Made by a program: the position numbers and the translations under genes. Shown piece after piece: positions 1 through 13,100 of a DNA stretch of 64,000 nt (position 1 is the stretch's first letter; every line of letters begins with the position of its first letter). The stretch is from contig CAJFCJ010000006.1 of the NCBI GenBank assembly GCA_904063045.1, positions 2,904,946 through 2,968,945 of the forward strand, in the 5' to 3' direction. The stretch is from Dimorphilus gyrociliatus. Taxonomy: Eukaryota > Animalia > Annelida. Below the pieces are notes generated by a model. The model was not told the DNA's origin and made no database searches. It worked only from the letters and a program-made list of their open reading frames with translations.

Positions 1-2313
1 TTTATCTTCGTAACAACTGTTTTCATAATATTTTTAATTCTGCGCATTAAATATAAACGTTTAAACGTAAATTCTCTTTCTCTCTCTCTCTCTGTCCGGC
101 AGTTGCAGCCATCTTCAATATTTTTTGTGTATTTATATCTAAAATTCCCCTTCAATTGACAAACAAAAAGAGAACCAATACTATATAAATGACTTTGTCA
201 AATACCTAAGACCTATTTTGCTTTCTTCTAGCAAGGCTCATTAAGTTATTCTGTTGAGAGCAACGCTTTAAAGCTGGCCTCTTTCATTCAAATTCTTATT
301 GTGATATTACTGTATAAATTTAACGGTGGAGCAGAGGTTGACTGCTGCTAATTAATGGATATTTATGAGTAAGGAAAATGTGGTATAAATAAGAAACGCT
401 TTGTAAATAGAAGTTTTATAGCGTTTTTTTTTTTAAAGTTATTTTCATCGATTCATTCTTATTTCGTTTTAAAAAAACAATATTGTATATTTTATAATTA
501 ACGAAACCGAATCGACCTAGAAGCAAATAGTTTATGCAAAGATATCATTTGCATCTTCATTCATGAAAGATGAAATGTATATGACTAAAAGAGAGCGAGA
601 ATAGAAAGCGTGAGGGTCTATGTTTATATTAATTTAGGTCTATGCTAAAGCTATTTAGCTTAGAATTACAATAATATACAAGAGGTCGCAGAAGAGAAAA
701 GAATTGATGAAAAATTGAAAATAAAACGCAAAAAGAAAGGATGAGAAGAGTAGGAGGAATAGATAAAAATATGAAGAAAAAAAGAGAGAGTAAATTCTAG
801 ATAATTTATTATACACAGGAGCTCTCTTTATTCTATGAAAAAAAGAATTAAGGGAAAGGAAAGATTTTCTAAAGATTCTATCATCTATTTCTATTTTGGA
901 TAGTAAATAGGACTTGATGTTTTGTTTTGTTTTGTTTTTTAGCTCGATTTTTGCGTAGAATGTAAAATAACATATGGAGTAAGAGTATCAAGTAAATCAA
1001 TTATAGGGTTAAGAGTAAATGATGCATATTTATATAAAATATTATATATATTTATATGCTTATATATATTAATATATATCTACAACGTATAGTAGTATCA
1101 GACTAAATATAATATTTAGAGCGTTTTTAAATTATGTTGTATTGCTTTTAAGCCTAAGGCAAAAGTTGCTATTTTTTTTAGGGCATATAAGAGAAATTTA
1201 TGACAAAGCCAATACAGCTTTTCCAGGAGTCAGCTTTTGATATTTGCAGTTGTTTTCTTAACTGAATAAATCACTGTTTTTTTCATTAGTAATAGTACGA
1301 AAAATACTATGATTATAGCTCTTCAAAGATTTTTTATACTAATTCTTTCAATAAAAAGAAGCAAACAGTATCTTTTTGATCAATAAGCTTGAACAGCAGC
1401 TGACGTTAGTTTGTACTCTCTACATTCCAAACATACTTTTGTGTGAGTAATCAATTTTACGATGAAAGATGAATAATAACTTTTTGCTATAAGAGTCAGC
1501 TAGTAAATGATACTACAGCATTGTAGAAGGATGTATATATATATACTAATATATATATAGATATACAAGTATTTTTGCACAACTGATGAAAGTTTTGCCC
1601 GATGTAAAATACTAAAAAAGTTTGTAGTCAAAGTTTGCCATTGTAATTAGTTTCTATTAGAAAGTTTGACATGAAATTATAATTAAATACCTTTTAAAGT
1701 TGGTTGTTGTCTGTAGTTATAAATCATTAATTTCTACCTTAATTAATTCCATCTTACTCTCCAAGTATATATCTAATTTATAAAGTAATTTTCTATTCAC
1801 ATTTATTATTTAATTCCCTTTTTCCAGTTCTACTCGAGACAATATTACGTTCTATACAATTTGTTCTTTATAATTCGATTTTTTTCCATATAATTAAAAA
1901 ATTAACATTCTTTAATTATATTTCCAAAATCTAAATTACAAGGGTTGTTTAGTCTAGCTTGTCCTTTGTCTTTTCTATTTAGTTTATGAGGTTAACGGAA
2001 GCAACAGTTTTTGATATTACCTGCTAATTCCTCCTGGTTCAAAGCTTTGTAATCGATTCTTTGAAGTTGGTACAGGTATAAAAAATGTCATGCTTAGTAT
2101 TTGCTACCTGTTTATGATACTAGTTTTCAATCGGAAGGTTAATTGATACCACTAGTATTAGGATTAATTACACCTTATTGATTAATAAAAGTAGGCGTTT
2201 TAGGACATTATTTTTTAAGTTTGAACTATAAGGACGAATAGATTTGAATGAAATATTCCAAAGTGTACCTGTATTTTAATCGCATTTGTTTTATTTCCTG
2301 ATCTTCTCTAGAC

Positions 2314-5300
2314 ATGGATGAACAAAATCTCCTTCAAGATAATCCAAATAATCCAAATCTCTTTCACACTGGTGATACAGCAACAATGGATGTACCATCG
2401 ATTCCTGATGACAACGCTAATCAAGCCGAAGATAAGAAACAGGAAGATGAGGATAACGGGAATACACAACGTCTAGACGTTATGCAGACGGGCGTCTATG
2501 GAATGGATTCAATGACTGGCAGCATGATCGGTGGTTTATCTGCCAGTGCAGAATCTATAGAATCAGAGAAGGACGAAAAGCTTAGGGAATTATTGGAGAA
2601 CCGTGATAATGGTAATATGGAAGATAGTACCGAATTTATAAGTGAATCTTATCTAATTAGTGAGAAGAAGGATACTGTTGTAGAGTTTGATAAGGGTCCT
2701 TTTGACGATTTTGCTACTCTGTCCAACATTGGTAGTCGACTAGAAGAGAAATTCGATTCTGGTGAAGTTTCAGAGAATTTAATTACGCCGGACGAGAAGC
2801 CTTCGAAAGGGGAAGAAATCAGCGAGGAAATGACAGATCCCCAAATTTCACTTGATAATCAAACTGATTTAGAGGAAGAAAGACTTTTTAAGAGTGACGA
2901 AACGGAAGCAGACAAGTTGGTTTACCAAAGAGATCTAATGGACCAACAAAATGAATTATCTCAATTATCTCAATTAGAAGAGAGAGATGAAAGTAAAGAG
3001 GCAAGTGCCTTGTACGATGTTGGACAAAAAGAATGTGATACGACTGAACTGTTTCAAACTCGAAGTTTGAAAGAATCAGTTCAGGTAGAAGTTCAGAAAA
3101 CTGAAACTAATTTGATTATGACGGAAGAAAGAGTCGAAACTGTTGAAAGACAGGTGGAAATTGTTGAAAAAACGAGTCTTGATTTCAACAATCAGATGGC
3201 ACCAGCGTCGAAAAGTCTTGAGGATAATAGTGATGATGAATCCCAAGTATTAAGGGTAGATACTGATGAATTTAAGGAACTGGAGCAACAGCCTAGAATT
3301 GGAACTGATGATGAATTTCTTAATGATTCCCAAACTTCATTTAGCGACGAAGGTATATCTACGCCTATAACAGCAGACGTTGCCCAAATACAAGAGTCGA
3401 TGGATGATCGAGGATTATCATCCCCGATTCTAGAGAATTATGAGTTATCTGTTGAAAAAGAACACGATAATTCAAATATTGATGATCATACTGTTGAAAA
3501 ACAAGATCTCTATGGCGATGTACGAGACGAAAGTTCTGTTAAAATGGAAGCAATAGAAGAGGAAAAGCTTCTTGAAATGGATATTAGTACTTCTAACGAG
3601 ACTACTCCAAGTTCTTTCCATCAGAAAGAGGAAGCGTGCGCTGACGAAAACGTTCAATCACACGCTGAGATGTACTCTTCAAGTGTTGTAGATACGGAAC
3701 TAATAGAATCGGCAGTTGTAGAAACAGTTCAAGAAGATAAACTAATTGATGAAAACAAAGAAAGTTTCTTTGATGATAACAAAACGAATGCTGAGGAGGA
3801 GCAAACACAAGAAATTGTTTCCAAGGAAGAATCTGCTATCTTAGAAGAGTTGACATTGGAGAGAAAGTCAACAGATCTCACCGAGGAAGAAAATTGTGAG
3901 TCAGTATTAAAGAAGGAAGAAATAACCGATAAACTAGAAGATTCAATCAATTCAACCAAAGAAACAGATTTTGAATTTAGAGAACAAGATGACTATGAGC
4001 AAAATCAAAAAGATTTCCTAGTCGAAAATGTAACAGGAATAGAACGGGAAGAATCCACTGCGGATAGTTCAGGTATAGAGGAAACTATCTCTGAGTCTCA
4101 CAACTCACAAGATTTGTTAAAAGATCAATGTCAAATTGATGAACAATCAATTGATGAACAATCTAACAAGGATAATATGAGCGCATCTCTTTATGATGAA
4201 AAAATTGAAGAAACGTCTCATATTCAAGATAATAGAGATGAGAAAGAAATACTAACATTTGAGGAGGAGGACGAAACACAAACACAGGCTAACTTCGAAC
4301 ATTGTGAGAAAGCGGCAGAAGATCTTTTGCCTGCTTCTAACATAGGTGAGGAAAGAAGCATTTTAAACCCTGAGGAAGCGCATATCGAACAAGAAATAAG
4401 TCAAGAAGAACTCCAACTCAATACACCTACTGATCCAGAAGAGATAGCGACAGCTCAAGATGTAAAAACAACAGAAGGCGTCATCGAAAGCGAACAATTG
4501 CAAGATAACAATGTAGAAAGAGAAGAGTTAAAGGATATTGTCAATGAAGATAACCAAAACTCATTAGCTTCTCTTGAGGAATTAAAGGAATCTTCTGATA
4601 CTAGAACGCATTTAGAATCTGAACAAAGTTTTGCAGCAGATGAAGAGGATTCAAAATTGAGCAGACAGTTTTCAGAAGAACCTCAAGCAATTCCATCAAC
4701 ATTTGAAGAAAAGACTGATATTCCTCCAAGTATTTTGAAAAGCGTTTACAAGAGTCTTGATGATGAGCCATCGAATTTAGAGGAAAATGCAAAGGAACAG
4801 GATTTGGATACAATTGTGAAAGACAATATTCTTGTTTCTAGTGACGAAGATGATAAAGAAAAGGAAAAAGAAGAATCATATACTCTGGATGGCACAGGAG
4901 ATAAGTTTAATGAGACTGAGAAAGTTATCACAGAAGAGCAAACAGGTGAAAAAGAGAATGTGGCAGATTTTCAAGAGGCAGGTTTCGATGATAGACAAGC
5001 AGAACATGAAGAAATCAGTGTAGTAGAAGGTAAAGAATTAGGTTTAGGAGATGTGTCAGGAGAGCATTTAGAAGACAAACAAGAAATTGGTTTATCTGAG
5101 AACCAAAAAGTTCTTTTTGATGACAAATCCCAAGAGTTTGCTTTAGACAAAGAGACAGAATCTGTTGCAGAAGACCACACTAAAGAGCAAGAAGAATCTC
5201 TTCAAGAAAATCTTCAAGATAAGATTGAAGACAAGATTGAGGAACCATGCAGGCTATTAGAAAAAGAAAGAGATGAGAAACTGTTTGAAGAACAAAACGA

Positions 5301-8300
5301 AAAAGATATGGAATATGTGGATCAAAAATTGGACGAACCAACCGAAGAGATACCACAAGAAACGGCCGCAAACACGATGCAAGAGGAATTTGCTGGTGAA
5401 AGCGTGGAAGATAATTCTGGAGAGAAGCAGTCTGAGATTGCTGTGGATGACGAAAGAAATAAATTCGAGGAAAAAAGTATGAAAAGTGACCAAGAACTCC
5501 TATCCACTGAAATGGATGATTTTGCGAAAGATCAAGAACTTCACTCTATGGATAGTGATATTTTAATACAAGATAAAAGTGAGCCTAATACACCAATTGA
5601 TTCGGGAGAGGTAAACGAGGAGTCTGATGACGAAGATGCTAGTTTAAGAGAGCAAATAGATAATTCTATAACAAAAGATGATACCTTGACTGATATTGTT
5701 GGCGTAACAGATGAAAAAATCGAAACGCATGCGCAATCGCAAATGCAAACTATAAGCGACGAGACCTTTGTTGGGTCAATGCAGTCAGCACCAGGTGCAG
5801 AGGATGTAACAGGTGTTGATGAAAAATTACCGATTGATGAGGAAAAACATTCTACTACAACCTCGGAAGAGATTATTGAGGAAGACGACGTTCTCTTGAT
5901 GGAACAATCTTCTTTGGAAAATTCTGCGCCGGTCAGCAATGACCAGGCACTTTTAGATTTGGAAGACAAGCCTGAATTAGAGACTAATGAGTCAGATGCA
6001 AACTTATCGACTGATGTTAAAACAAATATAGCTGAAATTCAACATGACCCAATGGAAGAATGCGGGACAACAATCGAATCGAAAACGGAGCATATTACCG
6101 ACACATCTTTCGCATCAAATGATAATGGCGATGAGAACTTGCTGAATAATACTAGCACATTGGAAGATAAACAGACAGAAGAAAATATTGTTGTTGAAGA
6201 AGCAATTAAAACAGAAATAGAAATAGAGGAAGCAGCAAATGAAACTGTAGACGAGGCTATGGAAGAAATTAAAGAGAGAATGACGGAAGAAGTTGAAGAG
6301 AGAATGACGGAAGAAGTTGAAGAGAGAATTACGGAAGAAGCTGAAGAGAGAATTACAGAAGAAGTTGAAGAGAGAATTACGGAAGAAGCTGAAGAGAGAA
6401 TGACGGAAGAAATTAAAGAGAGAATTACGGAAGAAATTTCCGAGGAAGTTCATGCTGCTATATCCACAACGGAAGAGCACTCAGAAATTAACAAGAAAAC
6501 GGACGAACTTTTAGTTAATGAAGAAGACGAAACTTTAAGTAGATTTGCATCCTCTACTGAGACAATAAAAATGGCCGATAGTTTTCAAGAATTGAGTGAT
6601 AAAACAGAAACGGAATTAATAAAAGAAGCGGGACCAGCAGAAGTTATTAATGAAGCAATTTCAGCAACGAATGAGATGGAAGAGTCTTTCCACCGTGTCG
6701 AAACCACTGTGAATGAAAGCGTTGTTATAACTACTTCCTCTATAAATGAAAGTCTAAACATAGATGAAAGTAATTTTTCGAAGGAAATTACTGTCGAGAA
6801 GACAAATGGAGGAGAATTTTTCGAGAAGAAAACAGCCCTGCCGTCAACTCCCCCTAGCTCCCCTGTTAAAGTTGAACAAACCTTAGCGAGCGGTGAAGTT
6901 AGTCCTCTAGAAGGAATTATTGATAAGAAGCATGTCACTCTTACTCATTCATTCAATGCTGAGGACTTTTCGGAAGATCTAAAGCCTAAGGTAACTCTTA
7001 GCCCTGATGGCGATGATCTCTTTGTTGAAACCTCAGCCGCAGTAGTAACTGTAGCGGCTTTAAACACACAAACGGTAGAAAAAAGTGTATCAAAGCCTCT
7101 GGAATCTCCCGTTACATCCGAAAAATCTGATACTAGCACGAAGAGTTCCACATCTGCGAAAAAGGTACAATTTACCAGAAAAGTAGAGACGCAAACTTCA
7201 ACTATTGCAGCTAAAACTAAATCGAAACCACCACCAAGTCCAAAGACTTCCTCAAAACCTCCTTCAAAACCAGCGTCCGCTCCTGCTCCTAAGCCTAAAA
7301 TAACGCCTAAACCTACTCCTAAGCCTGCTATTTCAGCTCCAAAGCCTAAGACATCACCGACAAAACCAAAATCAGCACCTGTATTATCATCACCAGTGAA
7401 ATCTAGTCCGAAAAAACCAGTTCAAAAAGATGCTAAGCCAGTATCAAAGGCTAAACCTATCAAGTCTAGTCCAGTTAAATATGCTTCTACAGCTGTGAGC
7501 GGTAACGGTAATATTCATAAATCTATGGATAAGAAAAGACAAAGGAGTCCTAGTCCGCAAAAGGCTTTGGAAAGCAATAGAGGAAGATCGAGAAAAGAGG
7601 CGTATGATGCTCAAGTACAAATGGTAGAGCGACTCTATTATAGAGCTATTGCAATCTCACCTCATCATAAAACAGGAAATCCAATTACTGGAATAGGAAT
7701 GAAAAGTACTGATGAAATACGCGATTCAATCTTGGCTGCTTCTCAGGGAGCAAGATCTAGAAGTAAAAATCCATTAACTGGTGAAGGATACGACAGAGAG
7801 AACACCAACCAGCAAGGGAAGGTTAGAAGTAAAAGTTGCGTTGCCATAACCAGACGGAAAAACTTGACTGAAGCCGGAGAGAGTAGAGAAGAGATCAAGG
7901 CACGATACACTCGAAGAGAAAATCCTATTACGGCTAATACTTATGATTCTTATGCGGCTGTTTATACTGGTAAGATATACTATAGAATTACATTCGATGT
8001 TGACTTATCATTTTCCTTGCTATTTAACAGATAGACAACCATTAAACTCTAGTGTACATGAGAATATTCGGCCGGAAAGGAGAGAAGTTGTGAACACTGC
8101 ACCGAAAGGTGAGAGGTCACGTTCGACCCCGAGGAAGCGAGTTCGTAGTCCAACACCCGCCAGAACAAATCCAATCACTGGCGAAGGCTATGACGAACTC
8201 GTTCAACCTCTATCTCTACCAAAGTCGTTTAGTCATCACGGTGGCTTATCCGGAATACTAAGCACTTCAAGACCCAATCCGATAACTATGAGAGGATATG

Positions 8301-8386
8301 AGATAGAATTACACAGGGGAAAAAGACGTTACGATGTTGCTCCTTCCTCATCACCTTTTGCTATTTCAACAGACGAGACATTTTAA
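2314..8386 (+). CDS. Large acidic low-complexity protein (~2003 aa): Glu/Asp-rich body, Pro/Lys/Ser-rich linker, basic C-terminus with five NP[IL]T motifs; possible microtubule-associated protein
   Basis: 1906-aa ORF plus ORF 7943..8386, joined by a 61-bp phase-1 intron (GTAAG at 7970, AG at 8030) giving ...YT-D-RQPLNS. No globular domain recognised. Confidence 0.85.
6262..6440 (+). repeat. Coding 24-bp tandem repeat (~7 copies) encoding EE[VAI][EK]ER[MI]T
   Basis: Repeats of gaagaag(t/c)tgaagagagaat(g/t)acg read directly. Confidence 0.9.
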
Positions 8387-9371
8387 AGAAATGGTTCGAC
8401 CTAAGTTTTCGATCTTCTCCTTATTACTTTTATATACAAAAATCTTGTATCTTTTCGGTTCCTCTTATTTTCGAAGGTAAAGAAAGTGGAGTGATTTCTG
8501 TTGTTTTCCTTTTATATCACTATCTCTTCCCTTAAAATGCACATATTTTATTTCTATACCTTTTTTAATCTATATTAGACTATAATCTGCTAATGATTTC
8601 AACTAGTTTTTGTTTAATAGCTATATACAGTATAAGGAGTTTACTTATTCCCGTTTTCCTTCATAGATTCTATCGATGTGGTTAATGGAATTCCTCAATA
8701 AGGAGAAGGAATGTAAGTCTTAATTGAATAAAAAAATATGCCTTTTACGGTTAATTAATTGAATTGTTATTCATTACTTCAGATGGTTGAATCAATTTCT
8801 GAAATTTGGGCAAATGTATCGTCGTCTCTCACTAAATTGCAACTGTATAAATTGAAAAAAAATGCATTGGGAAGGTTATACAGTATATCTTACGTAACTC
8901 TCTCTTTCTCTACCTTTCTCCCTTCTCTCTCCTCTCATTCTCTATCAGTCCCTACTATTACCACTACTACTACTACTACTACTATTTCTACCTAGATCTT
9001 CTCTATCTCTATCTCTCCATCCACCTTTTAGCTTCAGCAAGTGCAAGTCTATTATGCATATACTAATCCGCTCTCTAGAATGTTTAAATGTGTCAATTCG
9101 TTACTACTATTATATTCTAAATATACGTAATATATGTTTCTTTTTGTCTAAAATTTACATAGATTAGTTGTTTAGGACGTTAAACGCCCTATTTGCTCTT
9201 GTTCTAAGTAAAAATTGATTTTTTTTACTGATGGTGAATTGGTTTTCGTATTCTCAATGCTATAACGAGCACATATTTTAATGGTACATTCTGTGCTTTT
9301 AAAACGCTTAGTAAAAAAGTCTAATAAAGGACATTAAAAAAAACATTTATTATTGATTGGTGTGAGAGTTA

Positions 9372-9431
9372 ATGTATGTATGTATGTGTGTATGTATGTG
9401 TACGTATGTATACATATATATATATATATAA
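9372..9431. repeat. Compound (TATG)n/(TA)n microsatellite
   Basis: Direct reading. Confidence 0.8.
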
Positions 9432-10852
9432 TATAGGCAGACTATATATATATATATATAAATTTATATAGCAATTATTGCTTTCATTACAAAAGAAAGA
9501 GTTTAAAAAGATTAACCCAAAAAAGGGATTATAGAAAGAATGTTATTAAATTGAGTGGTTATGTATTTTTAAGATTTAAATAGGATAATTATCTTATAAA
9601 TTGAATGAAAAGCCATATAAAAAATGAGATATAGAAAGGATATAATAATTTCAGAAAAGCGAGTAATAAGACTAATAATAGTTTAGATTATGAATTGCTA
9701 TTTTAATTTAATACTTTTTTCAATATTACAGTATAAAAGAGATTAATGTATCCATCTATCTTTAATATATTTAAAAAATATTCAATTACTCCTTCTTTCT
9801 CTCTATTTATAAATTCTATTAGAATTCTTTTAAGATTCTACTACTTGACATTTATAGAATCTTCTGTATTAAATCTAAAGTGGAAATTGTTAAAAAAAAT
9901 ATAGAAAAGTACTTAAAAAGTTTCTTATTTAATCCACCTGGAAACTAATAGGGAATCTGTTTTATTAAAAATTGTGATACTTGAGTAGAGAGAAACTGAG
10001 TCAAAGTGAATCAAATGTTACTTTAATTTGAAAACATCATCACTAAAATGTTATTTTTAGACCTGTAATCGGATAATTCGCATTTTCATTTAGATAGCAA
10101 ATTCAATATTATAGCTATCTATTTTGATTAGGAACTAGGTACAACTAATCGAATGGTAATTAATGGGAAATTATCATTTAAAGTGGGAGATTCGCGCTAT
10201 GATTTAGACTTAATGGAGAGATTTCTTCCAATTTCGTAAGCATCAGCATACAGAAGTTTGTGTTAACTAAGCATCACATTTCCAAAAACAGTAAATACTA
10301 ATAGCACTCCAACGTTAGAACCTGTTATTAATCTATACTCTTGTTATATTTTAACACTGACTCTCTGCAAATAAGAATAAATTATGCCTGTTATTTCGTT
10401 TGTTTATGTCAAATTACCATTTTGTTGTAAATTCCCCAGGTATTGTCAAAGTCTATTAACAGTAATAGCCGTACTTGATAAATACCCCTAAATGCTATTT
10501 GTCTGGAGGAATACCCTTATAGGCTTAATTTATCAAGTTATCCATTCATTTTTTTATATTTATTTTTGTAATGATTTACTTATATATACTATGCTTTTAT
10601 ACTCTTAGAAGAAGAAAAAAAGAAGGGTATTTCTCCCTTTAATTGTATTTAGCAAACGAACTAAAAAGCGAGAAACTATCCTTAAGTAAATGAGGGAAAA
10701 TACTCCTTACGGGTATTGGGACGGGACGATTCAATGAGTAGAATAAATCAAATTAACAGTACCGTTATTTAGAACGTTAGGTTAGAGTTGGTGCAATGTT
10801 CTCAAAGACATTTCCTTATTTTTTGCATATAGCAAATGTTCATTCATTCTTT

Positions 10853-10878
10853 AGAGAGAGAGAGAGAGAGAGAGAGAG
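10853..10878. repeat. (AG)13 microsatellite
   Basis: Direct reading. Confidence 0.9.
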
Positions 10879-11492
10879 CTCTTTGCCCCTAATTTTCTCC
10901 AAATACCATCTTAACAACAATAAAGGAAATTAGTCTATTGTCTACAATAATCGATTGTTTTTTTTTTTACATAATTTCTATGTATCGATTAGATTTATCA
11001 TTTTCATAAACAAAATAGATTATACATCCCATTTTAATCTTTGTTAGAGATTTATACTGAATATTTTTATAGATTTTTCTTTTTTATAGAACAATGAAAC
11101 AAAGATAAAGCAGAACTATAGGACTATTCTAATTCAACATATAAAATAGAAGAGATATTTACGCTTCCAATAACAGATTTTTAAATAAAAATGATGTGTA
11201 CATACTGTATATTAAAAAAAAGTGTGTTACTATTCATTCAATTAGTCGAATTATAATGGTTAAATATGTTGCAGTATATTTAATATATGCAACATAATTT
11301 GCATAAATGCAAATAATAGTATTTATCTCTCCAATAGATATTTTAATATATAGATATATATATAATTAGTTTACTTTTAATTAACAGTCAAAAACAGAAT
11401 ATTCTTTGTATTTGCAATATAAACATTTTGCTTAATAATTGAAAAATTTTATTTTTAGACTATAGATAATTATTAACTAATCAAAATTCAAA

Positions 11493-12719
11493 TTAATTCT
11501 TTGATGTTGAGTTGATATCAAATATACCTGATCCTTTTCCTTTTTTAGCTTTATTATAAAATTTTCTATATTGATTTATTATGAGATAATCGCTTATGAA
11601 TGATGGAAAATATGAGAGAAGTATGTTAAGCTTGTTATTAATTGAATATCTTTTCTTTGGCCATTTAGCAAATATTGCGTGTTCATAAGCATCAACTATC
11701 ATGTCTAGTCTATCTGAAGCTTGTTCATTTATTATAAATTGAATTCTTCCAACTATTAGTAATAAAGAAAGATTGAAATTAGATCAAATATTAATATAAA
11801 TATTATTATATTATATTACTTAAGTTTATTTTATCTTCTTCTTCCTGTTTTTTAAATTCAGCCTTGGTTAAACGTTTAAAACCTGCTTCATATTTCTCCT
11901 TCTTCTTTTCCAAATCCTCTAGCCTAAAATCGCCTGGTTCAATTACGTGAACAGAAACTGGCTGACGGTGTAATTTCATAACAATTCTATTGTTGAACAC
12001 ATGTTATTATATTTAAAAAAAACGATTCTTTGTAAAAAACCTTACTACCTGTAACAGTCTGATAATGCTTCTGTTGCTGCTAGGCTCATACAACTTGGTA
12101 CACTATGCGAAGTCGGTTTAATAAGTCTTCCGGCAGTTGATGTTACATTAACAATTCTTCCTCTGCCTTTAATAAGTAGAGGTAGAAATTTTGAACTCAT
12201 GTTGGCAACCGCTAAAATATGCCCTTCAAAAACTTTTTTATAGTCATCAATATTTAAATTGTCAAAATCCGTATAGACAGTTTCGTTCGCCAATTCATTA
12301 TTAACTAAAGCATGAAGTCCTATTCCATCTAGCTCACTTTTTAAATATTCAGAAAAATCTTCAATGTCATCCTCTTTCGACAAGTCTAAGTTAACAGCTT
12401 TTAGACGACTTGAGCATTCGTTCTGTAATCTGTCAACCCCTTCTTCAGTGGCACACGTTCCAATGACAAAAACTCCTTGTGTGTCCAACTTTTTGGCCAA
12501 AAGATAACCAGGACCTATTGTTGGAGGAATACAATTATCGATAGTTCAAAAAAATTGAAAAATTGTTACAACACCTGAATCGCATCCTGTGATTAGAACA
12601 TGCTTTTTAGTTCTATCTTTAATGTAAAATGATCTTAAAAATCTCTCGATAAGTTTAAACAAGACACAGCTACTCAAAGTTATAGCAAAAATTTTGAAAA
12701 AACCGCATACACCTATCAT
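11493..12719 (-). CDS. Short-chain dehydrogenase/reductase, RDH/BDH1/17b-HSD6 type, with degenerate catalytic motif
   Basis: Exons 12719-12575, 12514-12049, 11986-11820, 11752-11493 splice in frame. Hydrophobic N-terminus, KHVLITGCDSGPG, GLHALVNN, GRIVNVTS, VSVHVIEPGDF, AIFAKWPKKRY. Confidence 0.88.
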
Positions 12720-13100
12720 TATTGACTCTCAACTAAGACTGAATAAAAAATTACAACTATTACATCCGTTATATGACTGCAGATGTTAACTTTAATTACG
12801 GTTATTATAATCTAATCTATGCTATCTCTGTGATCAAGAACAGTTGCGCCATCTACCATATATAGATTCGGTATATAAAAATGTATTGAGTTGGCAGTAA
12901 AAAGATAAATATACAAGAATATTCAAAACTACATATAAGAATATATAAATACATATTTGAGTACATAAATCAGATGCATTTGTATAAAATATTTCACTTT
13001 TCATCCCGTATGAGTTATCTGCTACGATTAAAATAAGCTTATTCGTAACATCTGTTGACAAATGAATACAAGAATTGTTAGCGATCTTCTTTACTTCATT

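Noticed and set aside
1-112. Short minus-strand ATG-initiated frames at the left edge (MAATAGQ..., MRRIKNIMK...)
   Set aside because: Too short; one crosses a microsatellite and stops, the other runs off the window without recognisable similarity.
3472-7151. Many short antisense ORFs within the large acidic gene
   Set aside because: Ser/Phe-rich shadows of GAA/GAT-rich codons, with no independent signals.
8759-8995. 78-aa ORF ending in poly-Thr, and ORFs at 28089 and 32278
   Set aside because: They run through microsatellites or poly-A/T tracts and have no coding features.
8400-11490. Possible hidden gene in the 3-kb gap (short GC-richer patches near 10.1-10.5 kb)
   Set aside because: No frame or splice combination tried gave a sustained or recognisable protein.
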